From positions 1 through 5,101 of the IMG/VR virus record IMGVR_UViG_3300014637_000001: a DNA stretch of 5,101 bases; one strand, 5' to 3'. The notes beneath the pieces are model-generated. The model saw only the letters and a list, made by a program, of their open reading frames with translations, did not search any database and had not been told where the DNA came from. A program made the position numbers and the translations under genes. Position 1 is the first letter of the stretch; each line of letters begins with the position of its first letter. Of this stretch, positions 4,977 to 5,101 are shown piece after piece. The DNA is from a virus.

Positions 4977-5004
4977 TTTTAACATATTATACATTATACG
5001 AAGC
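4977..5004 (-). other. 28-bp dif-like XerC/XerD recombination site (candidate dsDNA attP)
   Basis: Minus strand reads GCTTCGTATAA-TGTATA-ATATGTTAAAA. Against E. coli dif GGTGCGCATAA-TGTATA-TTATGTTAAAT this is 8/11, 6/6 and 9/11, total 23/28. The TTCGTATAA XerC arm resembles Acinetobacter pdif-type sites as I recall them. The site spans the circular junction, so 1..21 repeats its XerC-side part. Confidence 0.6.
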
Positions 5005-5101
5005 GGTAAAAATAACTATGTGTAATGTATAGTTTTATTTCGGTTTTCCGAAGATTTCAGGATGTGCAATGTTACTTGCACCATCCTCATCCAAGACATC
5101 A
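4984..5101. repeat. Direct terminal repeat, copy 2 (identical to 1..118)
   Basis: Same comparison as copy 1. The repeat runs to the last base of the window, so its true length could be limited by the window edge. Confidence 0.97.

Larger units (their letters stand above)
1..4983 (-). mobile_element. Complete inovirus-like (filamentous ssDNA phage or satellite phage) replicon, 4,983 bp
   Basis: Minus-strand synteny of Rep_trans initiator, ~100-aa gene V-slot protein, small TM protein, Ala-rich coat precursor and a large secreted protein with a Gly/Pro/Asp linker. One divergent RHH regulator. dif-like sites are present and the terminal repeat closes the circle. Confidence 0.75.

Overview
Bases 1-118 are identical to 4984-5101, so the window is one complete 4,983-bp unit, either a closed circle or a tandem repeat. 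It is AT-rich and looks like a miniature filamentous ssDNA phage (inovirus-like). All but one gene lies on the minus strand. Going round the circle the order is: a divergent RHH-type regulator (+ strand) and promoter/operator region; two small helical ORFs (93 aa, plus a 57-aa ORF absent from the ORF track); a Rep_trans-type rolling-circle initiator (385 aa); a 98-aa protein in the gene V (ssDNA-binding) slot; a non-coding region with hairpins and a 28-bp dif-like XerC/XerD site; a 64-aa single-TM protein; a textbook inovirus major coat precursor (72 aa from its SD-supported ATG); a GC-rich hairpin; a 472-aa secreted pIII-like adsorption protein; an intergenic region with two paired inverted repeats; a 73-aa soluble protein with its own terminator; and a ~99-nt imperfect hairpin made of two inverted dif-like half-sites. 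Most minus-strand genes are preceded by a GGGGA or GGAGA Shine-Dalgarno, and several are start/stop coupled. No ORF has a pI/Zot-type P-loop assembly ATPase, a pVI-like multi-TM protein or a secretin. The most interesting reading is therefore a very small, probably helper-dependent (satellite-like) inovirus that integrates through XerCD. All family assignments come from motifs, composition and synteny read by eye; no database search was possible.
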